From: Wallemia ichthyophaga EXF-994
Taxonomy: Eukaryota; Fungi; Basidiomycota
Reading direction: 5' to 3'
Length of the DNA: 62,000 nt
NCBI RefSeq assembly: GCF_000400465.1
Contig: NW_008806276.1
Location: 82,001 to 144,000 of the forward strand
Position 1 is the stretch's first letter; every line of letters begins with the position of its first letter. Under the pieces are notes generated by a model that made no database searches, was not told the origin of the DNA, and was given only the letters and a program-made list of their open reading frames with translations. A program made the position numbers and the translations under genes. Shown piece by piece: positions 10,491-22,162 of this stretch.

Positions 10491-11586
10491 GCTAATTATT
10501 GCTCTACTTGATACCTTTAATTTGTTTGGTTTATTGCACATATTCCAGTATTTCTGCTAGTCAAATGTATCCTTGATAGTCAAGGAAATGGTTGGGTGTC
10601 TCAAATAAGACTGTGTAAATGCATTCAGTGGTTCAACGACCTAATCACACTCAATGATTGAGAGAAAGCGTGAAGCTCTATGCATAAGTGATTATTAGTC
10701 AAGTCTAAATGTATACTCGATAAGCTAAACATTCCATTGAGACACTCTGGCTAATCACCGTGGTATGGATTTATGTTGTAAAACTCATAGAATGTGAAAG
10801 TTTTGAGTCATTTGCGCGACTAAAATGTATCTTATGTGAAAACTTTCCCAATCCACTCACCACGTCCGGCCAGTGCTGGTGTATTCTTTTCCCAAGCTTT
10901 ACAATGTATATGAAATAAAACTTGTTTAGTTGGGGCTCAAAGATACACTCCAACTTTTTACTCCTTTTTTCGCCGATAAAAACACGCGGCGTCTACAAGG
11001 GTGTAAGCGTGATATATGCTGTATACAACCGACATTAATTAGGCGTAGAGGATTAATTTACGTGCAAGCTATTTTTGTGCTATGTGTTATTTGCTATGTG
11101 TGCCGGTTGTGTTGTGTGTTAGTACGTCTTTCGCGACATGCAGCGCGCCTCCATTGTCCAGCACAGGCGGATGTAGATTGTGATCAGGCACCTTATGCAA
11201 TACAAAATAGACCTTGATCATGGCAGGGATGCTTTTGAAGGTGCTTCGAGGAGAAGGACACGTATACTCACGCTATACAACAATATTGGCCATTTTCGAT
11301 CTGGAAATGATTTACTTTGCTTTTGCGAGATAGTGAAAATAAGGGGATAATCCGGCTATCATATAGTGCTTGAAGGTATGTATTAATCTTGATATTAAAC
11401 CCGTATCTATCAATACTGTTTGTGCACCAAGCTAAGCTTATACCAGCAGCTGAGGGGCAATGACGCCCAGCAACATACCAAAAGAAACTAAAAGCTTCAA
11501 TAATAATGCATAGAAGTACAAATAAAGTCATGGCTAAGTGTTCTAGATTAGGCGAGGTAGAACGAGTACAGAGCCAACATCCCCGC

Positions 11587-12036
11587 TTAGATGATAGACA
11601 ATGGAGTGCAGCCTGTGACAAGTTAGAAGGGAAAAGAGTGAAAATTCTCCACTCACCAACACCAACGAGGCCGTCTGATTCCATGTCCTCGCAACAAACT
11701 GGAGTGTTCTTGCACTCGTCTGCAGTGTGTTAGATTTGAGAAGGTGATGAAACCTTTACGAACCCTCTATTGCTACGCCGATCAAAAGAGGGACTTGATC
11801 ACATTGAACACCAACTTGAGATGCAATGTCGCCAGTTGAGATGAGGGCGTCGTTCTTGCCGGTGCTGGATTGAGCCTTCTTGTTAAGGTCACCTTAGCAG
11901 TGTGAGACGGTGTCAATCTACACGTCTCATACTTACAACAACTGATAGTGCCAGTGTTACATGAGCCGGTCTTGGATTCCCAGCCAGCAGAGGCGGCAGC
12001 GATGAGACCAACGGTGAAGACTGTTTGAGCGATCAT
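11587..12036 (-). CDS. Class I hydrophobin (105 aa)
   Basis: Spliced over three introns: signal peptide plus C-X6-CC-X29-C-X14-C-X5-CC-X12-C-X6, which is the class I eight-cysteine spacing. Confidence 0.93.
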
Positions 12037-12091
12037 TGTGTGAGATGGGAATTTGGAGATGGGGTTGTAGAGAGATTGTGTAGTGCAGCTC

Positions 12092-12097
12092 TTTATA
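12092..12097 (-). promoter_or_regulatory. TATA box of the hydrophobin gene
   Basis: TATAAA on the minus strand ~56 bp upstream of the ATG. Confidence 0.55.
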
Positions 12098-12559
12098 GCA
12101 GAAGCATTCCTGCACTAAAGTTGTACATACACTAGCGCACTAACGGAAATGTACGCACTAATTTACGTTCGGAATGGAGTTGTGATCTTATGCGAGATGA
12201 GCTTGGAATGTCAGAGATATTGTGTAGTGAAAGTATTGTTTATTTTGTTAAATTTGCACTGGCAACGAAAGCAAGACATCGCTTGTCTTTTTCCCTGCGG
12301 TACTCCCACCTTTCTTGGAACTCGGCTCAATATGCAGTCTAGTGGAAAAAGTACAACGTAAATCTATATGCATGACTAGTGGTATATTTGCGTGCGACGA
12401 GTGAAGGTGTGCGCTTGCGTCCGGCAAGGCACGAGGCGAGGTGAGGCAAATGACATACGACAAACGAGTTGGCGAGAAACCGAGCAGCCAAGCGCTGAAA
12501 AGCATTAAAAACCCTCCTAGACTTTATCTTCCAAGGCACTCTTCTCCTAATACATCCCG

Positions 12560-14747
12560 CTAATCGCCCTTCTGACGCAATTTCTGGCGCAAGTCAGCAA
12601 CTTCAGTCTGAAGGCTGTTTATGAATGGATTGGGTTAGTGAGGAGGCTACCGCACAAGGTAGGGCCCACCTATTAAGCTCATCGAGCATTCCGAGCGACT
12701 TATCCATCTGCATCTGCTTGAAAGCCTGTATATCATCCTCTCTATGTGCGAGCGACAAACGGAGGCTATCAATTTCCCCTGATTTCCTCTGTGCGTCGAG
12801 CTCCTTCTCCATTTGCGTGAGTTCTTCGCGCAGAACTTGGCACTCTTTCCTACTGCAGGGTTGCGTCAACGTGAATGTAACAAAAACACATATGCTCACA
12901 TCTCCCCGTCCTTCTTCGCAGCGTGTGACAAACTGGTCTGTAAATCGACCACCTGCTTCTTGTACGCTTCGAGAGCCATCTTGAAGTCAAGTGCGAGTTT
13001 GTGTGCTTTCTCCGCATTGCTCTGGTGTGAGTGTGGTGTTAGAATGTCAAATGATCTCACATACACTGAAAACTCAACCCACCTTGTACAGATTCGCTGT
13101 CTCAGCATTCAGGAGGATTCGTTCGATGAAGTGGCGGTTATCACTGACGAGAGTCTTTACGCGGGCTGTGAACGCGCTCAGCGAGAAACGGTCAGAGTGG
13201 CGCTCCTTTGAGCGTTGAAGAACCTGCTTGAGAGTTTCTATATCAGGTTGCGAAAGTGTGGGAGAAGTGGAAACGATGAGAGGGTGCGATGGGGAGCGCT
13301 GTGTGATTGGCGACGGTATGGCATTCCACAGCCCCCGTACAACTAGACCTAACGTCTCCGTCGATAGCCTGTCTTCGGTCATTGCAGCGGGTATTGATGT
13401 TGATGTTGATGTCGATGTTGACGTTGACGCTGACGCACCTCTACTATGTCTTTCCTTGCCTTTGTCTTCCACTTTCGTTTTCTCGTTCTCCCGCCCCCTC
13501 AGCTCCTGTTCGTAGGAAGCATTGCTGTCCTTGTAGAAGGTCTGGCTCGCTTGCTGTCTCATTTCTAGCTGACGCTCGAGCATGGAAATGTGCTGCTTAA
13601 ACTCGCTCTCCATGCCTCGCGTTGCATTCCAGTGGTGATCCATATCGCTGCTCTGGCTCTTGAGGGTGTCTTCAAGCTGCTTAGTGTGTTTCTCACCGTT
13701 TGCACACTGTTCGCGCAAGCTAGCCAATTCACCGTGGCAATGAGCTTCGGCCTTTCTAACGCGCGCCAACTCCGCGTCAATAGCCGCTGTAACCGACGAG
13801 AGTGAGTGGAGTGGGTTATGGGGGTCGTGAACGTAAGTTATGCGATGCGCGTCGAGCACACCCCCTAGCGCACCTACGCCCCCTGTTAGCGTATCTCGTG
13901 TTGACACAACTGCGCTAAATTCATCCAAACTGCTTTGTAGACGGCTTTGGAGAGTGTGCGTGTGGTCCGTTTTCTCGATCACTGTGGCGTGCGATCGCTC
14001 AAGTTGCTGCCGTAGTGCCGCATTGGCATGTCTTTCCTCAGCCAGTTGAGCTTGGAGGTGGGATATTTGCGTGTGTGGATGCATGTCACTCTCACTCTCC
14101 ACATCCTCACCTTGATTCTCACCCACACTCTCAAACCGACTTGCGCGGTCATTGTTGGCGTGAAAATGGCTGCTGTGGGGGATAGGCGAGGTGTTTTGTT
14201 TCTGTAGAAGCTGCTTAGACTGGATGAAGCGTGCTAGAACGCCGGCCTGGTGGTGGAGGAGCTGACTCTGGAGGTGAAGGAGTCTAGAGCGATGTCTACT
14301 GAGTACCTTCTCCAAGTTGTCTACTTTTTGGGAGGATTGGGTGAGCTGAGCCGTGTGCTGTGCAGTGTTTAGACCCCCGCTGCCTAGGCTCGAGCTTAAC
14401 GCCTGTAACGCACTCATTACGCTACTCTCCGTCTGCAGCCGCTGTGAGTATAGTTGCGCCTTGTGCGCGACGTGTGCATGCTCCATTTTGACCCACTCCA
14501 ATTCGTCGTCGTCGAGTGCGTCGTAGTTGGAAGCATCAATCACACTCTGTGTCGCTTGCAGGATTTTATGGTAGCCAGCCAGTATATCCCGCTTCGCTGT
14601 GCTCCTGGGGCTGGAGTTGGTTTGAAGGAACGAGGGTGGTGAGCTGGGCGGTGTGGAGATAGCGGAGAATTCCCCATAGCCGATAGCGGCATCGTTGTCG
14701 TAATTGCTGCAATTGTTGCCGTTACCGGCAGAACTCGATGAGCTCAT
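12560..14747 (-). CDS. Coiled-coil protein with Up-regulated During Septation (Uds1) domain
   Basis: KVDNLEKVLSRHRSRLLHLQSQLLHHQAGVLA matches the Uds1-type motif, followed by long coiled coils. 3' exons run to ..LRQKLRQKGD*. Confidence 0.7.
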
Positions 14748-14924
14748 CTCCGCACTGCGAGGTGTTGGTGGTTAAGGTTCAAGGGGCTGAAGCAGAGGTG
14801 ATGTCAGTAACGCGAACGCGGCCACTAGCAAGCACAACAAGCCTATAGACAGTCTCACAAAGCTTGTCCAGCCGCGCTACTGTAGAATATATCGAAATGA
14901 AAATTTTGTAAGAAATGTCAAAAA

Positions 14925-16271
14925 CTACAACGGCAACTCCACCATAGCCCGTCTGACGCTCTTGACGGGTGGGAATGGGTGTGGTTTGTTTGCTAAGAAA
15001 TCGCTCAGCACAACTTTCTGCTGCTGGTGTGCGATGTAGCCCTTCATGTATCCCTTGAAGATCATCCCTGCGAGCAAACACTCGACTTCTGCAGTCTCAA
15101 TGTACACGCCCGAGACACTGAGCGCGATTCTGAACAAGGCTATATCGATAATTTTAGCTTTCTTGTTGAGAAGCCACACCTTCTTGAATAGACCGCGCAG
15201 GCACACCTCGCGCACCCTCTCGACTACGCCATAGGTACCACTTTCCACTAATCTCCGCTCGCCGTGCACCAGAGCCTCATCGAACTGCTTCACGTTGCCC
15301 GTCTGCAGCGCGTTGACGAAGGGATGGTAGAGTGTGTGCAGGGCGGGGAAGGTACCGAGAAGGTGGGGGGACGGGAGGTCACCCTGCATGAGGCGTAAGG
15401 GGATGAGGTGAGTAAGGATGAGTCTGTGTGTGATGTGTGAGTGTGTATATCGCTGAAAAAACCCACACACACTCTTGATTCCTGTGGTATTTCACAGGCG
15501 TTCTCTCCAACGCATATGTCAAATCCTCGTTACCCTATAGCCACGTAAGACGGGTAAAACCACCTGAGAACTACCCACCTTATCGAATTTGTCGTCGAGG
15601 AAAGCCAAGACACCTGTGTAGTATTTGAAAGTGACTTGGTGGGCTTTAGGGTAAGTGTGGAGCGGCATGAGGTCCTTCATTGCAGCCACAGCTCTGAGGA
15701 TGTTCTTGCAGAGTGACAGAGCGTTTATTTCAAAGTAAGTTTTGAATACGAGGCCAATGACGTAGTATACACCCCACCGCTTGGATTCACGCCCAGCGGA
15801 TTTATGCTGTATGCACGCAGTGAAAGCCTTGTTGAGGAAGCGAGCACATTCGTCTAGGGCATATGGCTTCCGGTGGGTCTGTGTGCATTCCTCGTCTGCC
15901 CTCCTCGCGAGCGTGCGCAGATCCCTGCTGATGGTGTAGAGACACTTGAGGTCGAAGCTGCTACCGTGGGGCTGGAAGAAGCGGATAAACTCCTGCGCGA
16001 GTGTGTGCTGGTGCTGGAACGCGAGTGTGTGGTGTTGGTTGTAGCGTGCATGCACAGCGAAAGCGTGGTACACGCACATGGCGTCGAATGGGCTGCGCTG
16101 GGTGCGTGTGAGCGTCTCGCGCATCCTCCCGTCCAGTCGATCAACCGCGTTGGCCAGATACGCCCGATTCGGGAGATCGACGGCGGAGAAGAGATGGGCG
16201 AGTGAGTCTGCGTCGCTGCGCCGTCTGCTTTCCTTGACAGCTTCCTGGAAATTAATAATTTCTGTGCTCAT
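14925..16271 (-). CDS. CSN12: PCI-domain protein Csn12/PCID2
   Basis: SKRWGVYYVIGLVFKTYF, YPKAHQVTFKYYTG and a C-terminal winged helix EVECLLAGMIFKGYMKGYIAH..VVLS. Two introns. Confidence 0.85.
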
Positions 16272-16325
16272 GGTCGTTCGAGAGGGAGTACACCGCAACC
16301 ACCACGAGCAGCTACAGCGAGCAGG

Positions 16326-17417
16326 ATGAACACACAGCTGCCATACGCCGTGCAGTTCCAATCGCGGGGAATATCAGTGGGTGGTTAGCGTGTAGTATCC
16401 GCAGAGCACCGCTCACCTGCGTGTTTGCAGACACCGGACTTTAAGGCGTGGGGAGGAGCCAGTGCGCGAGCGCACAAGGACCGCGTAAACAGCGTGAGCT
16501 GGAGTGTCGATGGACGACGCTTGGGCAGTGTGTCGGCCGACAAAACGCTACGAATCTGGCCCGAGAAGGCACTCGACAGTGTGCGCCCGGATGCCAAACT
16601 AGCCAGTGCGATGGTAGGGCACAGCGACAAGGTGACGCAACTCGCATGGCACCCGCTCGATTCGAACCTCCTTTCGACCGTTTCGCTCGACCGCACGCTG
16701 CGGTGCTGGGACATACGCGCGCGCGCACCCACACACACCCTCCAGCTGCCCGCACCAGCTTATAACGTCGCCTACCACCCTTCTGGGAATACAGTGGCGG
16801 CGGGCGCCGAAACGGTGGATTTCTTCGACCTCGCTAGCTCAGCTGCCCCGATGCAGACACTGGAGAGACACTCGGACAATCAACGGATCAATCACGATTT
16901 CAAGTGGTCGGCGGATGGCCAGCTCTTCGCTGTCTGTTGCGGTGATGGTACCTTTCATACACACCTCTACCCGTCTTTTGAACCTGAATACACATGCCAA
17001 GCGCACACATCGGACGCTACAACGCTCGAGTTCACCCGCGATCGTCGTCATTTGCTCACGGGCGGGGGGGATGCAGTGGTGCACGTATGGGATGTGGACG
17101 AGTGGGTTTCTAGAGGCACGATCAACAATCTAGACGGACTCGTGCGGTCGATCAGCGCGAACAGCAATTCCGAGTGCGTGGCTATAGGGACAGACGACAG
17201 GAACGTGGTTATTGCGAGTATACACACGGGCGAGGTGCTGCACTCCTTCAACACTGCCGCCAAGAGCAAGGCGGTGGCATGGCATCCGAATAAGTTCCTG
17301 CTGGCTTACGCGAGCGAGGATATCAGCAGGGAGGAACACTCCCGCGATCCTGGTCTTACCAACATATCCTCGTCTGTACGTGTGTGGGGAAAGGGCGTAG
17401 GCAGGCCGGGTGTTTGA
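16326..17417 (+). CDS. THOC3: THO/TREX complex WD40 subunit THOC3 (Tex1)
   Basis: WD40 repeats with HKDRVNSVSWSVDGRRLGSVSADKT, VAWHPNKFLLAY. ATG at 16326 joins via intron 16377-16430. Confidence 0.8.
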
Positions 17418-17565
17418 GGTTGTGAAAATTTGCGTCTGCGCAGCTATTGTAGGATGGATAAACAATGTACTTGTATAGCTGAGGTGTATGTGTGTGCTGT
17501 GTAAACCACAAAAGGCGTGATAACAAGTTTGTATTCGCGGTATAACACCTTTCACCCGCACAACC

Positions 17566-18337
17566 ATGGACAATGCGCTGCTTTCACAAATCCAAGGCGG
17601 GAAAAAGCTGAAGAAGTCGCAGACGAATGACAGATCAGGGCCATCGGTGGGCGGGGGAGTGGTCGGTGAGGGAGGCGGCGGTGGTGGCAGTGGTGGCAGT
17701 GGCAGCGGCAGCACCAACACCACCACCAAACAAGCAAACCCCGCAGACACATCAACGGCCCCGCAACTCGGTGGGATATTCGCAGGCGTTGGAATGCCCA
17801 AGCTGCGTCCAGCGGGTGGAAAGGGCGTTGCAGGAATAAGTGAGTCTGGCGCAGTGCTTGGGTATTTCTAACGCGACTACATAGACAAAGCAAGCCTAGC
17901 TAAGCCACCGTCGATACCCAAGGCACCAGCAGCCACAACACCAGCAACACCACCAGCACCACCAAACAGAGGTATGCCACCGAGACCACCAGCAGCCCCG
18001 CCGGCTAGGGCTACACCACCACCACCACCTCCAGCACCAGCTCGAGGTATTCCCGCAGCCCCGCCAGTACCTGCGCCCATGCCAACGCCCACAACACAAA
18101 CAACCTCTCGGCCCCCTCCGCCAGTCCCACCAGTTAATCCAGCTGGTGCAGCTGGTAAGAAGCCACCTCCACCAAAACCCAAACCAAAGCCTGGTGCGGG
18201 TGCGAGTGGGAGTATGGCAGCAGCAGCAGCGGCGGTGGCTGCAGTGACACCTCAATTACCAGCAACTCAATTACCAGCAACTCAAGCACCAGCAACTCAA
18301 GCACCTTCTCAACCACCACGCGTACTACCACCAGGAC

Positions 18338-18372
<35 letters not shown>

Positions 18373-19083
18373 CCAGCACCAGCACCACGTTCAATACCCC
18401 AACCACCTCAACCACCTAATAGACCATCACCACCTCCAGCCCCACAGCGAAAAGCACCGCCAAGTCTACCATCGAGAGGTGCAAATTTGGTTTCGAAACC
18501 ACCACCACCACCGGCTAGAGGGGGAGAAAGAGGTGGACTGGGAATTGGCAGTGGGATTAGTAATAACAATAACAGACAACCACCACCGCCACCACCACCC
18601 AGACCAACAACCAGCTCATCGATTCGGTGAGTAGAGAAGGCGTATTTTAAACGGGCAAACTGATATATGTTCAGGGCACCACCACCACCACCACCGGCAA
18701 GAGGCGGATTTAATTCCAATGTGAATGTCAACAATGGGAAATCTGGAACACCTGGAACACTTGGAACACCTGGGAAACCTGGAAAATTCGGAAAATCACG
18801 AATAGTAGCAGCTGAACCAAAGGAGGGTATCGGTGCTGTTTCCATACCCAATCAAACACTTGAACCACCACCACCTCTACGATCAGCCACAATACGCAAC
18901 GTGAATAAGCCAGAAGGAACACAAGAGATTAGTGATAGCAAAACACCACCAGATAGCCTCGGTGAATACTCGTTTACAAGTTATTTGGATATACCACCAC
19001 CCCGGGAGTATTTAAAGACATCATTGACGTATCCGAGTGGCAGAAACAAGGCAACCAACTTTGATTTAAGGCAGTTGGAATGA
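17566..19083 (+). CDS. VRP1: Verprolin/WIP-like actin-binding protein
   Basis: N-terminal WH2 (NALLSQIQGGKKLKKSQTNDRSGP), poly-proline body, C-terminal FTSYLDIPPPREY..YPSG motif. Two introns. Confidence 0.85.
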
Positions 19084-19130
19084 ACAAAAATATAAATCTA
19101 AAATACATTTTTATTTTTTATATTTCCATT

Positions 19131-19144
19131 GACACGTACACGTA
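19131..19144 (-). promoter_or_regulatory. Tandem UPRE-like motifs (TACGTG x2) upstream of PDI1
   Basis: GACACGTACACGTA contains two abutting CACGTA, ~45 bp before the PDI1 ATG. PDI genes are established unfolded-protein-response targets. Confidence 0.4.
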
Positions 19145-19188
19145 TCTCCAACGCATTCTTGAACCCACACAGTCATCGACAGCACACA

Positions 19189-20667
19189 ATGAAATTGAAA
19201 ATATCAGTCGTAGCAGGATTATTAGCGGTATTTGCAGGCGTTGCAGGTGCCACAGATGGAAACAGCAACGTACTCCAACTCACAAAAGACAACTTTGATC
19301 ATGTTGTCAAGCCTGCTGATCTCATGCTTGTCGAGTTCTATGCTCCATGGTGTGGCCATTGCAAGGCTCTTGCTCCACAATACGAGGAGGCAGCTGGTCA
19401 ACTCAAATCCAAGGATATCAGCCTCGCAAAGGTTGATTGCGTTGAGGAGGCTCAAGTCTGCTCTGAGAACGATGTAGGCGGCTATCCAACACTCAAAGTA
19501 TTCAGAAAAGGTCTTGCATCGCCTTACGGTGGAACTAGAAAGTCTGAAGGTATCGTCAGCTACATGACTAAACAATCACTTCCACCTGTTTCTCAAGTTA
19601 CCCCTTCAAACCACGACGATTTTAAACAATCCGATAAAGTCGTCATCATGGCTTACAACCTCAAACCAAACACTGACTTATACAAGACATTCCACTCCAC
19701 CGCCACTAACCTTCGCGATAACTACCTCTTTGGTGAATCTGATGACTCATCTGTTGCAAAGTCAGCTGGTGTCTCTGGTCCTTCCATCGTCATTTACAAG
19801 TCCTTCGATGAAGGTCGTAATGACGTAAACACTAAATCTTTAGATGAAAACTCCCTCACCGAAACTATTAACATCAACTCTATTCCCCTCATTGATGAAA
19901 TTGGCCCTGAAAACTTCTCCCGCTACGCTACCTCTGGTCTCCCTCTCGCTTACATCTTCGAGAACCCTGAAGACCCTAAGTTAGCTCAGCACGTTGATGA
20001 GTTAAAGCCAATTGCAGAGGAATACAAGGGCAAAATTAGCTTCGTCTGGATTGACGGTGTCAAGTTTGTTGAGCACGGAAAGGCCCTCAACCTTATCAAG
20101 GACGAATGGCCTGGCTTCGTCATCCAAGATCTCCAGGCCGGTCACAAATATCCTATGGACATCACCAAACCCGTCTCTAAGAAGAATGTCGCTCAATTCG
20201 TCAAGGACTTTTCCAACGGCAAGGTAGAACCTTCCGTTAAATCAGAAGCCATCCCAGCTGAACAAACTGACTCAGCCATCACCCTTGTCGCTGATCAATT
20301 CGATGAAATTGTCTACAACAACGAAAAAGACGTCTTTGTTGAGTTCTATGCCCCTTGGTGTGGTCACTGCAAGCGTCTCGCGCCTGAGTGGGAGGCACTT
20401 GCGCAGAGCTACGAGAATGACTCCTCTCTCACCATCGCCAAAATGGACGCCACTGCTAACGACATCCCTCCCTCAACTAAATTCTCCATCTCCTCCTTCC
20501 CTACTCTCAAACTCCAGCCTGCTGGCACTAAAGAATGGATCGATTACGAAGGTGATAGATCTCCTGAATCCCTCCGCGAATTCATCAAAGATAACAGAGG
20601 TACTAAGTCAGCAACCGATGGTGACAAAGAGGCCCCTCACAATGAACACAAGAAGGACGAGCTCTAG
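19189..20667 (+). CDS. PDI1: Protein disulfide isomerase
   Basis: Signal peptide, two WCGHCK thioredoxin sites, C-terminal KDEL. Intronless. Confidence 0.97.
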   Translation: MKLKISVVAGLLAVFAGVAGATDGNSNVLQLTKDNFDHVVKPADLMLVEFYAPWCGHCKALAPQYEEAAGQLKSKDISLAKVDCVEEAQVCSENDVGGYPTLKVFRKGLASPYGGTRKSEGIVSYMTKQSLPPVSQVTPSNHDDFKQSDKVVIMAYNLKPNTDLYKTFHSTATNLRDNYLFGESDDSSVAKSAGVSGPSIVIYKSFDEGRNDVNTKSLDENSLTETININSIPLIDEIGPENFSRYATSGLPLAYIFENPEDPKLAQHVDELKPIAEEYKGKISFVWIDGVKFVEHGKALNLIKDEWPGFVIQDLQAGHKYPMDITKPVSKKNVAQFVKDFSNGKVEPSVKSEAIPAEQTDSAITLVADQFDEIVYNNEKDVFVEFYAPWCGHCKRLAPEWEALAQSYENDSSLTIAKMDATANDIPPSTKFSISSFPTLKLQPAGTKEWIDYEGDRSPESLREFIKDNRGTKSATDGDKEAPHNEHKKDEL

Positions 20668-21381
20668 CCGCACCACGTTGTACTTTAGATTAACTATTCA
20701 TTATTCCCTTGATTTGATTTTATGAGCGTAAACGTGCTACATTTGGTGTGTATCTAGGTAGTAGTTAGCAAAAGTTTGTCTCTCTTTTCAAGTCACTTAT
20801 GATAGCTGAAAAGAAACAAGGTAGCGTATAATATATCATTAATAACCTAGTTAGTCTTGAACTCGTCAATCTTGCAATTGTGACATCATCTTGCGACAGA
20901 TAACCTATGTTTCACTTTTCCGTCAGTAGTGTACCTGCTTCATCATCTGCTGGTGTACTATTACCTTTAAACAAAACTTTGGGTCCTAACAAATTAAGGT
21001 CCTGGTTCACGTTGAGATAGACATTAGCGATTATCCCCCCAATTGATATACCCATAAAACGACAAAGAGAAAACGACATGAGATATCAAAGATTATTGAA
21101 GCTCATAGAGATATCTTTGCTTGGCTTCTTAAACCTCTGGGCTTAAAGTTCCATGCGTCAGTATCTCATCTCTTAGAGCTGCAGAGCGAGTCATTAAAGG
21201 GATTTTGGCTACTTGCAACATTTACATCCGACTTTGCGACTCGGAATGATTGCGTTTATGAGCCGCCTCTGCCTTTCACATCGACGCATCTCTTGAGTTC
21301 CGAGATCTGACCAGACAGCGTTGCTCAATTTCTAAGCTTTCTAGGTTTACACAAAGATGGCTGCCTGTGTTATGATTTTAG

Positions 21382-21465
21382 CTCGTACTTGGGATAGATG
21401 CACGCGTCAATGAAGATAAAAGGTTCACGGCGAAGGAAATCAGGTTCCTGGCCACCAAGCTTGAG
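21382..21465 (-). pseudogene. Isolated catalase gene fragment
   Basis: 84 bp with 72/84 identity to 23531-23614. Encodes LKLGGQEPDFLRREPFIFIDACIYPKYE versus [28 protein letters not shown]. Confidence 0.8.
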
Positions 21466-22162
21466 TAGCTTTCAGGAAACCTCAATTTACTGTAAGTAGC
21501 CTGCTGTCTCAGATGTGCCACTTTTTGACAACTCACAGGGAAATTATCGAGGCTACGCAATGAAGACGAGAGAAAACTCGAGCAAATGGGATCGCGAAGA
21601 ACAGCGCAACTAGGCCATCTAATTAAATTAGCAAAATGATTCTATATACATACTTGATTAGCTGAATTTCTTTCAAATGTTTTACAGTTTGTTTTTCATC
21701 TACAGTACACGATACTAATGTTTTTTTTCTTGAAGTTGCAGCTGTGTACTTTTGAAAAGGTGTTGTTTAATAAGTTTCTGACGATGCTCTTCGAAATCGT
21801 AGTCAATGCGCTTGAACCTTTTTTTTTATGCTAGTGAACACCACCATTGTCGCATCTACTAATCTCAATCCCACCCGCACTCTAACTCCAGAACAAGGAA
21901 TTGATTGACAGATATCTAAAGATTGTCTGATTATATGGCTGGCGAGGGATATAGCAGATGTACTCCACAGTCGTTGTGAGATCTTACTACTAAAATGTGT
22001 GATTTTCGGTAACAGAACTACTCGAGATCTCCCTTTGTAAACATCAATTTAATAGGCTGAAAACTCTTTAGAGCGGCCAACGCAGTCTCCGCAAAAAGCA
22101 AAAGTGAGACATATAAATTATCGTAAAAAGAATACAAATTGAAAAGCGACGATAGCGCCTAT

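Noticed and set aside
10930-11217. ORF containing CDQAP, resembling the hydrophobin CDQVP
   Set aside because: Opposite strand, no signal peptide, and no eight-Cys spacing; likely chance.
17130-18851. Long antisense Gly/Val-rich ORFs opposite VRP1 (similar ones opposite the repeat gene, RPS18, TRM1 and MEF2)
   Set aside because: Expected shadows of low-complexity or GC-rich sense coding sequence.
20900-21085. Minus-strand MSFSLCRFMGISIGGIIAN, vaguely MFS-transporter-like
   Set aside because: Too short, with no further matching segments.
21794-21817. FKRIDYDF resembling catalase FKHIDYDL
   Set aside because: Only ~22 bp, and in the wrong order relative to the 84-bp catalase relic; may be chance.
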